Assembly (NCBI GenBank): GCA_011364975.1
Contig: RDOE01000043.1
Location: 1-30,024 of the forward strand
Direction: 5' to 3'
DNA from: Promethearchaeota archaeon
Lineage (GTDB): Archaea; Asgardarchaeota; Lokiarchaeia; Sigyniarchaeales; SOKP01
Length of the DNA: 30,024 nucleotides
The notes under the pieces were generated by a model, which was not told where the DNA came from, did not search any database, and saw only the letters and a program-made list of their open reading frames with translations. Position 1 is the first letter of the stretch. Every line of letters begins with the position of its first letter. Of this stretch, positions 1-9,718 are shown piece after piece. A program made the translations under genes and the position numbers.

Positions 1-1068
1 TAAGTCCATTCCTCCACTTCTTGAGCTACCTATCACACATAAGGTGTCATTAGAAAACAGGTAATGAGTCCCAATATTATTGGTTTGGGTAAAGTTATTA
101 GAATAGCAAGCGTAGAGATTATAGAAAAACGGTTTTGTCGTATTTGTCCATATATCTGTATAGGTTAAGGATCCTTCAGTTCCACTCCCAAAAGGACCAA
201 AAATGTGATTGGTTGGCCATGAATGTACTAGTACATGTACAAATTCATAATCATTTTTATTCAGTTGACTCATATAATTAGTGGAAGTCGTGAGCGAGTT
301 TGTAGAGTAAACATCCAGTTGACTACCTGTATATGCGGTGAAATTACTAGTCCAATCGTTAGTCCAAGCTGACCAATCGTCATCTATATATAGACATGCT
401 TTATGTGTACGTGAAATAGTGCCCATCCTATAAGCATGATTTCGATCGAAATAATCCTTTAACTCAGCCGTATAATTAACGCCTGGCATATTGATAGAAT
501 AGGGACTTATACGCCCAAGCCATATCTCAGGTTCCCAGTCTCCCGAACCATTGGTATGCTCGCCCATATCAATATCATAATAATTATTGAAATTCATATC
601 ATTCCACGAACCATCTAAATCCATAAGAAAAAGATCAGTTGGAAAATGCCAATATTTACCCCAAGATCCATCCCAGTGTCGTGCCATCGCACAGGGAAGT
701 TCTCCTATTAAAATTATTCCTTCTAACCCAAAATTATAATAAACAGATATATTTGTTTTAAGATTAATGACGTTGGAATCGGACCAATTTATTAAAGTCA
801 CATTATAGCCTTGATTTGATATGTCTTGAACATAACGCTGCACTTCTGTATTAATTAAACTACTAATTGTGGAGTTCACATAAATAACCACAACAGGGGC
901 TCCATTACTGCTTTTTGGATTGAAATAAACCTCATTATTAGCAGAATTATAGTACTCCTTCTGAATCGTATTTTGCTGAATTAATATAACACTATTAAAA
1001 AATAGTGCTCCCATTATGAATATATATAAGAATCCACAAAAGATTTGATTCTGTTTTTTATTATTCAA
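1..1068 (-). CDS. Secreted/membrane-anchored C25 (gingipain-like) cysteine peptidase, partial (runs off the window start)
   Basis: Not in the ORF track; most of the frame translated by hand. TTG at 1068 after AGGTG. N-terminal hydrophobic segment (IFCGFLYIFIMGALFFNSVILI), then C25-type motifs EGIILIGELP, FPTDLFLMDLDG, PEIWLGRI; candidate catalytic His in VHVLVHSW and Cys in FYNLYACYS. Confidence 0.75.
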   Translation of the reverse strand, partial: MNNKKQNQIFCGFLYIFIMGALFFNSVILIQQNTIQKEYYNSANNEVYFNPKSSNGAPVVVIYVNSTISSLINTEVQRYVQDISNQGYNVTLINWSDSNVINLKTNISVYYNFGLEGIILIGELPCAMARHWDGSWGKYWHFPTDLFLMDLDGSWNDMNFNNYYDIDMGEHTNGSGDWEPEIWLGRISPYSINMPGVNYTAELKDYFDRNHAYRMGTISRTHKACLYIDDDWSAWTNDWTSNFTAYTGSQLDVYSTNSLTTSTNYMSQLNKNDYEFVHVLVHSWPTNHIFGPFGSGTEGSLTYTDIWTNTTKPFFYNLYACYSNNFTQTNNIGTHYLFSNDTLCVIGSSRSGGMDL

Positions 1069-1330
1069 GTTTAACACCTGTTTATAACTCAATCATTATT
1101 TAATAAAAAGTCTAATTTATATTCAAACATACTATTGATAATATATATGTTTAACTAGTTCAAGAGATTATACTGAATACTATGAGAATTCTTGACTTTT
1201 AATTAGATATAATCAGAACGAAAATTTTCTTAAGTTTGGATAAAACACACATTTAACGAGTATTTCGATTATTTTGTAGTATTTTTGGAAACATACTTCT
1301 CCTTTTTTATAAAATTAATTGAAATCTACC

Positions 1331-1990
1331 TTATATTAACGAATAGATGATGTTTGGGTGCAATTCCTTAACGCTAGATAAAATTAGTGTTTTGGTTGAA
1401 CTATTTAGCCTTAATTCTTCAGCTGAATGGTTCCCTGTTAGTACCCCAATAAATGGAGCTTTAAGATTTTCTGCGAGAGCTCTGTCTTTTGGATGATCTC
1501 CGATAATAACAAAATAATATTCAGGATATTCCTTCTTTAAGTAATTTATAAGATTTGGATCCAATTTACTTTTCATAATTTTGCCGTCACCGATAATATA
1601 ATTAAAAAAGTGAGAGATACCCAATATATCAATAACTTTATCTGCCATTTCTTGTTTTTTAGAAGTTATAACTCCTAATGTAAATGAATTCTCTTTTAAT
1701 TCCTGCAGTTTTTCTCTAATTCCAGGCAGTAGCGTTGCTTGATAAATACCTTTAGTTCTGTAATATTCTCGAAAAGTTACAACTAAATCATTCGAGTCTA
1801 TATTTGTTATTTTTTGGAACATTTCGGTTAATGGTATTCCAATCATTCGTACAATTTCGGATTCTTTTAATCGTGGTAAATTAAATTTACTTATTGTGTA
1901 ATTAAATGAATTAATTATTCCATCTTTATTATTTATCAAAGTAAAATCTAAATCGAAACTTAGAATTATCTTATTTTTGCTAGGCATCAA
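1331..1990 (-). CDS. HAD-family hydrolase (phosphoglycolate phosphatase-like)
   Basis: Motif I FDLDFTL, motif II ITSK, motif IV IGDHPKD; 219 aa. Confidence 0.85.
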   Translation of the reverse strand: MMPSKNKIILSFDLDFTLINNKDGIINSFNYTISKFNLPRLKESEIVRMIGIPLTEMFQKITNIDSNDLVVTFREYYRTKGIYQATLLPGIREKLQELKENSFTLGVITSKKQEMADKVIDILGISHFFNYIIGDGKIMKSKLDPNLINYLKKEYPEYYFVIIGDHPKDRALAENLKAPFIGVLTGNHSAEELRLNSSTKTLILSSVKELHPNIIYSLI

Positions 1991-2166
1991 ATATCCATAG
2001 TTACGAAACTTAAGTTGAAGAATATAATATTAAGAAATATAAAAATTGTTTAAAAATAAATTAAATTTTTACATGAGGAATAAATTTCGGAGAAGAGTTA
2101 TTCTTTGCCTAAATTACATACTTAATGATATTTTATCTCTTTAGAATTAGACGGAATAGAGAGGCT

Positions 2167-3819
2167 TTAAGCAGTAACTTTATATCCTTTGAATAGCCTT
2201 AAGAGATACATAATTTCTTCAGAACCGTTGACTATTCTTTGAAGTTCGAAAGGAAGATTATTAAATTCTACTTGTTTACCTTCTTTAACCCATTTTATTA
2301 TTAGTTCTACGAGTTGCTTATATTTGTTAATTGTATTGCCCTCAAATTCTATTTCGGATAATATATGTAAAGCTTTATCTATTTTTCCATTCAAAACTGA
2401 AGATATAGCTGCTAAAATATAAGATTGTACGATGTGTGATGGGCCTATTTTTTTAAGATTTGCGGCTTTATAATAATATTTATAAACATTCCTTACCATT
2501 TCATTTACAAGAAAATCTTTCGCGATGTCTAGCTGCTGGTAAAATTTTATACTCTCTAAAATAAGAGTGGCAGAGATATAGAATTGTTTATTCTTCAATC
2601 CTTCTTTTGCGATGATATTTAGACCCCGAATTATTTGATTAAAAAGCCCAAATTGATTATATTCAAAACCACCTTCAACTGCGATATCATATGCCGTAAG
2701 ATAACATTCAGTAGAATCATTAACTTCTTTTATTTTCCAATAGTTATCACCTGCTTTAACATAATGTTTGTAAGCCATTTCAAGATTATTCATTTCCTTA
2801 AAAGTAAGAGCTGCATTATAGAAATTAGTAGCTGCTTCATCAAAATCCTCAATTTTTTCAGAATAATTACCCGCTAAGACAAAACAAGAAGCAGATTCTA
2901 TAAGATTATTGTTAATCTCTTGATAACACAATGCGGCACCCCGATAATATCGTCCGATTTTTTGATAATTTTCAGTTGTTTTTTCTAATCGTTCTGCTAA
3001 ATCTATATAAGCTCCAGCTTCTTTTTTTGAATAAGATACGAATTGTTCATCATCATTAATTAGTTGATATAAATTCTTCAAAACTTGAGCTATTTGTGAA
3101 ATAGCCAGATTATCATTTTTCTCTTCGAAATCACGATATAAATCAGTAAAAAATTCAATTCCATCGAGAATTATTTCATTAGATTTATTTATTTCATCTA
3201 ATTCTTTATAGCAAGTATATATTTGTTGGTAAGAAAAAGAAAGAAGATCAAGATATTGGAATTCTTTTGCGATATTTATAACATTGGTATAATATTTTTT
3301 TGCGTATTTGAAATCATTAATTCTAAAGTAAAGTTCCGCTATATTCTGATAATTTTGAGTAAGTTTACGTGATTCATTAAAATCTATTAATATTTTACTC
3401 TCTTGCTTTAGAAAATTAATACTATTTAAGGTATTTTTTCTGCATAATTTATAGTTATGGGCTTTTTCATATAAATCAGCGATTTTAAGATATATCTCGG
3501 CAATTTCGTGCAGCTTTCCTTGAAGTTTATAGGAATTAATTTGTCTTTCCCACAATTTTATTATAAAAGAATACATATTAGCAGGTGGATATTTAATAAT
3601 CTCTTCAAAAACTTCCGTAAAAGAGTATAAAAATTCTCCTGCTTCAAGATATTCTTCCGATTCCACTAAAGTATTAGCAAATGATGTAGCTTCAATGATT
3701 GTTTTTTGAATTAGGACTTCCTTTGCATTATCATCCTTAATATTATTAATCTCAAGTAATTGATCCCTTATTTTATCTAAATACTCTCCATCGTCATCAT
3801 AAATGTCTTCTTCTAATAT
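2167..3819 (-). CDS. Alpha-SNAP/TPR-like helical repeat protein
   Basis: Repeats such as SASCFVLAGNYSEK, AATNFYNAALTFKE, AYKHYVKAGDNYWK, STECYLTAYDIA resemble SNAP helical hairpins. The ORF track starts at GTG 3666, but the frame is open 51 codons further to an ATA at 3819 that follows GGTTGA by 6 nt; start is uncertain. Confidence 0.7.
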   Translation of the reverse strand: MLEEDIYDDDGEYLDKIRDQLLEINNIKDDNAKEVLIQKTIIEATSFANTLVESEEYLEAGEFLYSFTEVFEEIIKYPPANMYSFIIKLWERQINSYKLQGKLHEIAEIYLKIADLYEKAHNYKLCRKNTLNSINFLKQESKILIDFNESRKLTQNYQNIAELYFRINDFKYAKKYYTNVINIAKEFQYLDLLSFSYQQIYTCYKELDEINKSNEIILDGIEFFTDLYRDFEEKNDNLAISQIAQVLKNLYQLINDDEQFVSYSKKEAGAYIDLAERLEKTTENYQKIGRYYRGAALCYQEINNNLIESASCFVLAGNYSEKIEDFDEAATNFYNAALTFKEMNNLEMAYKHYVKAGDNYWKIKEVNDSTECYLTAYDIAVEGGFEYNQFGLFNQIIRGLNIIAKEGLKNKQFYISATLILESIKFYQQLDIAKDFLVNEMVRNVYKYYYKAANLKKIGPSHIVQSYILAAISSVLNGKIDKALHILSEIEFEGNTINKYKQLVELIIKWVKEGKQVEFNNLPFELQRIVNGSEEIMYLLRLFKGYKVTA

Positions 3820-4066
3820 CGGTGATCAACCCTTAAGATAGTAACCATTATTATGTAGTAAAATTAAATAACCCATAAAAAATAATGGTTTTTTCAATAA
3901 AAAAAGGAAAACTTTTTAATCTTACGGTTTAACCCATGAATCTATAAATCTCACGCTTAGTATCCTATAATGGTTCTCAACACTTTTTAATTTATAGAAT
4001 TAATTTTAAATACTTAAAGGGTTTTAATAATAATAATTATAAAAACAAATAACAAAGTAAAATAAA

Positions 4067-4276
4067 ATGAAAGAAACAGCTGAGCTTTTGGAAACTGGAT
4101 TATATGAAACTTACCATCCAGAAAAAGAAATGCTTGTAAAAGATTTACTGAAAGAGCTAAATCTTGAGGGAAAGTATTTCGGTATTCTTATAAATGGCAA
4201 AAAAGCAGATGAACATACCGTAATAAAAGAAACCGACGAAGTTGTAATACTCCCTCACATAGCAGGCGGAAGATAA
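4067..4276 (+). CDS. MoaD/ThiS/SAMP-family ubiquitin-like protein
   Basis: 69 aa beta-grasp pattern (VKDLLKEL...ILINGK...DEVVILPHIAGG), ends GG-R-stop. Confidence 0.85.
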   Translation: MKETAELLETGLYETYHPEKEMLVKDLLKELNLEGKYFGILINGKKADEHTVIKETDEVVILPHIAGGR

Positions 4277-4357
4277 ACCCAGTATTTTTTTATTCCTCTT
4301 TTTTATTATTAGATTAACATTCAACTAACATTAGGTCGATCCTTAACTAGAAACTAG

Positions 4358-5338
4358 TTATTTTAATATTATTCTTAAAAGATCCTCAGCTAAAATAGTA
4401 TTAGGAAAGATATTCTTAGCATCTTCTAGAAGTTTTATAGCATCTTCTTGATATCTTGATGAGATATGAGTAAGTATTAACTGCTTGGCATTCATCTTTT
4501 TGGCGATATTAGCCGCATCGATGGATGTAGAATGTTTTTTTTCTTTAGCATTTTTGTCTAATTCTTTAGAAAATGTGGCTTCATGAATTAAGATATCTGA
4601 ATCCATTCCTAAATCAATTAGGGAATCACATGGGGCCGTGTCTCCAGAATAAGTTATTTTGCGACCGACTCTTTTTGGCCCGATGATGCATTCTTTCAAT
4701 GGATCTATCTCTCTTCCGTTATAATTAATAACTTCTCCGTGTTGTAATCGCTTCCATATTCGACTTTCAGGAATTCCTAATTCTTTAGCACGTTCTGGAA
4801 AAAATTTTCCATACCGAGGTTTTTCAATAAAAGAAAATCCGTATGTTGCCACCGAATGTTCTACAAGAGTATATTTTAGGAGATATTTTTTGCATTCAAA
4901 TATGATATTATCTTTAATGGGGGTTTCTTTTACCGGCAGGTCCGAATCTAACCCTTCATATTCAATCAATTTATTATTGATATGATCAATCTCAATGATA
5001 TTGATTGGATATTCAGCTTTTAATCCTAAAATTTTACGATGGACATATAGATAAAGAAAAAGATTACGTGGTCCAAAAATAAGAAGAGGAGCATTCCGTT
5101 CACTTAATCCAAAACGAAAAAGTAAACCGGGTAGTCCAATTATATGATCTCCATGAAAATGAGAAATTAGGATTCGTAGGGGTTTATTAAATTTTAGATT
5201 CGCTTCAATAAAGCGTCTCTGAAGATCTTCTCCGCAGTCAAATAAGATGATATTATCCTTATATTTCAAGGCAATGGAAGATAAGTTCCTTTCTTTGACG
5301 GGTATTGCAGCGGCAGACCCTAAAATGATTAATTCCAT
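4358..5338 (-). CDS. rnz: Ribonuclease Z (tRNA 3' endonuclease)
   Basis: LFDCGE, SHFHGDHIIG, flexible-arm insert, YSGDT, IHEATF, HSTS, LTHISSRY. Confidence 0.95.
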   Translation of the reverse strand: MELIILGSAAAIPVKERNLSSIALKYKDNIILFDCGEDLQRRFIEANLKFNKPLRILISHFHGDHIIGLPGLLFRFGLSERNAPLLIFGPRNLFLYLYVHRKILGLKAEYPINIIEIDHINNKLIEYEGLDSDLPVKETPIKDNIIFECKKYLLKYTLVEHSVATYGFSFIEKPRYGKFFPERAKELGIPESRIWKRLQHGEVINYNGREIDPLKECIIGPKRVGRKITYSGDTAPCDSLIDLGMDSDILIHEATFSKELDKNAKEKKHSTSIDAANIAKKMNAKQLILTHISSRYQEDAIKLLEDAKNIFPNTILAEDLLRIILK

Positions 5339-5361
5339 CAGAATTCAGTTTAGATTCTTGA

Positions 5362-6657
5362 TTATTTTTTTCTTAACTCAGAGATTTCTATTCTTTGTTG
5401 GATATTTTGTTTTGTTAAATCTTCAACATAGCTTTCTAATTCTTTAATTCTTAAATCCAATTCGGGCTCTAACCCATAATCTGAGGACGATTTTATTTGA
5501 CCTTTCGTTTTATATGAATCCAACTCAGATTGCATATTTCTGATATTATACTCTTTTTGCTTTAATAGGTTTTCAAGATCCTCATATTTTCGCTTGATTC
5601 TTATTGCTTCATTTTTTATAGTTGTAATTTCTTCTTCTTTTACTTTTAATGCATCTTTTGAATCTTTTAGTTGTTTTTGTAAAAAACTTGCCATTTCTCT
5701 TTGAATTTTTAACTTTCCACTATAATCTTCGGAGATATCTACAGAATCGGTTTGAAGTTGGAAAGCTTTTAACTGCTCTTGTAGCGCTTTTATCTGGGTT
5801 CGAGATTTATTCAACTTAGTTTGTAATTCTTCCACTACTTTTCCTAAAGTAGGATTATCAGACAGATCAATTTTACTAAGATCTATATCCGCAGTGACAT
5901 AATCTGCCTTTTTTTCTAATTCCATAGTAAGCTCAACTATCCTACCTTTTAATGTTTCAATCTCTGAGGAATCTTCTCCTCTATTCTTTTTCGTATACTT
6001 TTCTAATTCTTTTGTTAATTCTTCATTTTTAAATTTAGCTTTATTTAGCTTATCTTGAAGGTCAGTAAGGAGCTTTTTATGTATAGAATCTAATGCCTGT
6101 GTATCAACAATACTAATCTTTGAACGCGCATCCTCAGTTTCCTGTGTTAGCTTTTCAACTTTTTCTTGAAGTAATTCGATTTCTTCATCTTTTTCTTTTA
6201 ATTGGATATTGAATTCTTCACTATCAACATTTTGGTATTTAAGTTGCCTTATTAAAGAGTCTTGTTTTTTAATTTTATCTTGGAGTTCTTGGAGTAATGC
6301 ATTTAAAGGAGGTTTATCTCGTAATTCCTCTACTCTAATTACAGAATTAGAATTTTCCTTCTTTAACTCTTCCAATTCTTTCTGAATTTCGATTTTCTCT
6401 TTTCTTAGAAAACCCATACGGTTTTTTAATTCACGAATTTCCCGATCCTTAGCATCCGATTCTATTTGAAGTTTAGAATCCTTAGTTTTTTTGGACTTTT
6501 TATTCGAGGTTTTTTCATCTACAACCTCCGCATAACGTATTATCTCATCTTCGAGTTCCTCAATTTTGTCAAGTAAATTTGCTATTTCTTCATCTTTTTT
6601 TTTCGTTTCTGCCTTTAAATCGTTAATCTGATTCTTTAAATTCTCTTCTTCCGTCAT
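5362..6657 (-). CDS. Long coiled-coil protein of unknown function
   Basis: 431 aa, K/E/L/Q-rich heptads throughout, no catalytic or TM motifs. Confidence 0.75.
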   Translation of the reverse strand: MTEEENLKNQINDLKAETKKKDEEIANLLDKIEELEDEIIRYAEVVDEKTSNKKSKKTKDSKLQIESDAKDREIRELKNRMGFLRKEKIEIQKELEELKKENSNSVIRVEELRDKPPLNALLQELQDKIKKQDSLIRQLKYQNVDSEEFNIQLKEKDEEIELLQEKVEKLTQETEDARSKISIVDTQALDSIHKKLLTDLQDKLNKAKFKNEELTKELEKYTKKNRGEDSSEIETLKGRIVELTMELEKKADYVTADIDLSKIDLSDNPTLGKVVEELQTKLNKSRTQIKALQEQLKAFQLQTDSVDISEDYSGKLKIQREMASFLQKQLKDSKDALKVKEEEITTIKNEAIRIKRKYEDLENLLKQKEYNIRNMQSELDSYKTKGQIKSSSDYGLEPELDLRIKELESYVEDLTKQNIQQRIEISELRKK

Positions 6658-6745
6658 TAGAGCGACTCTATATTTAAAAAGAAAAATATTTTTTTATATA
6701 TAGTTCATATTCTTCTACTTTTTAATCTTTTCTTTCCAATTTGAT

Positions 6746-8668
6746 TCAATAAATATCAAAATCTTTGATCGTAAATTTTTTAATTTTCTTTAAAATCGGG
6801 AAGAGACTAAGATAATTAAAAAAGAGAAATATAAGAAGAAAAATCCCGATAATTGTAAAAGGAATGGAGATATGGGGCAAATAGGTTCTCTGTAAGAGTA
6901 TTAAGGAGTTCAAAATCATTCCAATCCCCAAACTTAATGAAAGAGAGGGAATTATTATATAGAGCGCTTCAAAAAACATAATTCTCTTAATAAATTTATA
7001 TTTCGTACCGATAGCTCTCATAATTAAGAAATCTTTTGCTTTATCCATAATTCCCCCTTTTTGATAATTATATAGTGAAATAATCGAAATTATCACCATT
7101 ATTAAAATAATGAATCCAGGATACAATATGATGCTATTTATATAATTTACATTATTTTCAAAAGGAACTTCCAAGCTTAAAAAATTAAAATCAAGCCCTA
7201 AATTTCCCTGAATGAATGATTCCAAAACAGGTTTAAAATCATTGAAGGTATCAAATTTAATCTTAATTAATAAAATATTTATCTCATCAAGGGTGAAATT
7301 TAATTGAGATTGTAAAAATCCTAAATCAATATAACCTCCGAAGCCAGAATAGAATGTGTCGATAATAACACCATTAACACTGAACTGATGGCCAATTTCC
7401 TCAATATAAATTCTCTGATCGAAAGCATATTCAAAAAAATTATAGGCCAGTCCATCCCCAATAAATATATCATCATATGGAATTTCAATGTAATTCCCCT
7501 CTAATTCAAAATCTTGAATTAAGTTAGTAGAATTTACTCCCATAATTGGAATGAGAGCTCTTCTATCCTCCCCTACTAAATAACACCCACCATCCTCATA
7601 ACAATGGTACCCATCTCGTTCTTCCACATTAAAGAAGCTAATTAATCTATGATCCATAGCTTCAATTTCAGAAAAGTTACCGAGGGCTTCTATATCGGAA
7701 TATTTAAAGAGATATTGAGGATCAAGGAAATTTATATTCTCATTTGTGATAAGAAGATTGGGATTTGAAAACATATCATACATTAGAGCATAATTTTCAA
7801 TAACATCTTGATGACCGATTATGATAACGTTCTCGTTCTGGGATTTCTTCACCCATTCTTGCGAGGAGTTGCCTAAAACAAACATACCTAAAGTAAGAGT
7901 GAATAGAATTAAGGAAATTATTGAAAATACAACTATATACCGCTTAAATTCTCCCTTTCTTCTTATAGTATTAATTATTGAGATTTTAAAATTAAAGCCA
8001 ATCTTAGATAGCCATTTTGGGACAAAGGTTAGTCCTTTTGACGCATCGTAATCATAAGGGATATCTTTTGAAAATGATTTTATAATTCCTCGGGTTCCTA
8101 TTTTTCGAAGGATAACTCCTGGAACAAAATATATACCCAATAAACATGACACAAATAAAATTGGGATATATAGAAAGTCTATTTGGAATAGGATGGGAAA
8201 TCCAATAATAGTCATTATTAAACTAAATAGACCATAAGAGATGAACCCAAAAATTAATCCAAGTATGAATCCTATAAGAAACACTAAATATACTTCGGTT
8301 AAATAGAAGTGATATATCCTTATAGGAATTGAGCCAACTGCTTTCATTATGGCTATATCTCGCTTTTTAGTCGTAATCAACGTGCTGGTTATTATAATAA
8401 CAATTACAAATGCCAGTACTAGCATTAAAGCGATAATAAGAGTTGTAAAGTCAGTAAATACAATACTTATACCACCTAAAAAGTAATAGGGATTATTAAA
8501 ATTGTAGTTTATGAATGTGTTTAACCCAATCGAAGTTGTAAAATGAATTAAGAATACTACAAGGGCAATAATTAACGATATGACTAATATAAAGGGGTAA
8601 GAGATATCTCTTTTCCGATTAATATCTTTTAAAGCAAAATCAACTGACATAACTATAACTCCACTCAA
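6746..8668 (-). CDS. ABC transporter permease, FtsX/MacB-like (two permease domains)
   Basis: Two FtsX-type motifs (KKRDIAIMKAVG; KDFLIMRAIG), multiple TM helices, one large extracellular loop; directly downstream of the ATPase gene. Confidence 0.85.
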   Translation of the reverse strand: MSGVIVMSVDFALKDINRKRDISYPFILVISLIIALVVFLIHFTTSIGLNTFINYNFNNPYYFLGGISIVFTDFTTLIIALMLVLAFVIVIIITSTLITTKKRDIAIMKAVGSIPIRIYHFYLTEVYLVFLIGFILGLIFGFISYGLFSLIMTIIGFPILFQIDFLYIPILFVSCLLGIYFVPGVILRKIGTRGIIKSFSKDIPYDYDASKGLTFVPKWLSKIGFNFKISIINTIRRKGEFKRYIVVFSIISLILFTLTLGMFVLGNSSQEWVKKSQNENVIIIGHQDVIENYALMYDMFSNPNLLITNENINFLDPQYLFKYSDIEALGNFSEIEAMDHRLISFFNVEERDGYHCYEDGGCYLVGEDRRALIPIMGVNSTNLIQDFELEGNYIEIPYDDIFIGDGLAYNFFEYAFDQRIYIEEIGHQFSVNGVIIDTFYSGFGGYIDLGFLQSQLNFTLDEINILLIKIKFDTFNDFKPVLESFIQGNLGLDFNFLSLEVPFENNVNYINSIILYPGFIILIMVIISIISLYNYQKGGIMDKAKDFLIMRAIGTKYKFIKRIMFFEALYIIIPSLSLSLGIGMILNSLILLQRTYLPHISIPFTIIGIFLLIFLFFNYLSLFPILKKIKKFTIKDFDIY

Positions 8669-8679
8669 TAATGGGAAGT

Positions 8680-9432
8680 CTATACTATTTTTTCTTCAAT
8701 TATTTGGCCATCCTCGAAAGAAATTATACGAGTGGCTAATTGGATGAGATAATCATCATGTGTAGCAATTATAATTGTTTTTTCCCCATTTTTCATATCT
8801 AAGAATAAATCTCGAATAAATTCACTTGTAACTTTGTCTAAATTAGCTGTGGGCTCATCTGCTAATATAATAGGTGGGTTATTCGCTAATGCTCGAGCGA
8901 TAGCTACTCGCTGTTGTTCACCTGCTGAAAGTTGAAATGGTAAGTGTTCTCGTCTATCACCTAACCCTATTTTTCTAAGTAACGAAACTGCTCGTTCTCG
9001 TTGTTCTTTAAGTAACATACCAGCTAAATTCATCGGGAACATCACATTTTCTTCTGCTGTTAAGGTGCTAATGAGGTTGTAATTTTGAAAGATAAACCCG
9101 GTGTTCATTAGTCTGAATAATGCTAAAGATTCTTCCTGCATATCTGTAATTTTAACTTTATTGGTATAAATTGCTCCAGAATTCGGAAAATCTAACCCTC
9201 CTATTAAATTAAGTAAGGTAGTTTTTCCAGCTCCAGAAGGTCCTGTGATTACAACAAAATCTCGTTCTTTTACCCTCAAAGTTACATCATTCACTGCTTT
9301 AACAACAAAATCTCCGATTTCATAATCTTTAATTAAATTTTGGGCGAAAATTACAAGATTCTTTTCTTTTATCTCCTCTAAAACCGGAATTTCCTCTAAA
9401 TCTTTTGGTTCTTCTAAAAACTCTCGTTCCAT
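8680..9432 (-). CDS. ABC transporter ATP-binding protein (LolD/MacB family)
   Basis: Walker A GPSGAGKT, signature LSAGEQQRVAIARAL, Walker B ILADEPT, H-loop ATHD. Confidence 0.95.
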   Translation of the reverse strand: MEREFLEEPKDLEEIPVLEEIKEKNLVIFAQNLIKDYEIGDFVVKAVNDVTLRVKERDFVVITGPSGAGKTTLLNLIGGLDFPNSGAIYTNKVKITDMQEESLALFRLMNTGFIFQNYNLISTLTAEENVMFPMNLAGMLLKEQRERAVSLLRKIGLGDRREHLPFQLSAGEQQRVAIARALANNPPIILADEPTANLDKVTSEFIRDLFLDMKNGEKTIIIATHDDYLIQLATRIISFEDGQIIEEKIV

Positions 9433-9552
9433 GACAGATATTTTTGTAAAAATTTTTTATTCTATCTTTTTTTCTATAATCCTTATTCCTTTAAAATATT
9501 AATTGCTCACTTCTATGTCGAAATCAATATCAAATTATGTTTGCATTTTTAG

Positions 9553-9567
9553 ACAAAAGTTTATAAA
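9553..9567 (+). promoter_or_regulatory. Candidate archaeal BRE/TATA promoter for the downstream structured RNA
   Basis: ACAAAAG followed by TTTATAAA (9560-9567), ending 24 nt before the stem that starts at 9592. Confidence 0.45.
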
Positions 9568-9591
9568 TTAATGTGTTCTATTTAATGGTTA

Positions 9592-9718
9592 GAGGGAAGT
9601 CGTAGAAAAAGCATAAAATAATATCCCCTAATTTCCTAATTAAATGGTAACAAAAACTAAATTTTATCCCAAAATCTTGAACCTCATCATGAGGTTTTTC
9701 TTTTTTTCGGCTTCCCTC
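9592..9718 (+). ncRNA. Candidate structured non-coding RNA with paired termini
   Basis: GAGGGAAGTCG (9592-9602) pairs with CGGCTTCCCTC (9708-9718), extendable by AGAAAAAG/CTTTTTTT; internal hairpin GAACCTCA-TCA-TGAGGTTT (9679-9697); TATA upstream, T7 tract downstream. Confidence 0.5.

Noticed and set aside
223-236. Perfect palindrome ATGTACTAGTACAT
   Set aside because: Lies inside the peptidase CDS and encodes part of HVLVH; no sign of separate function.
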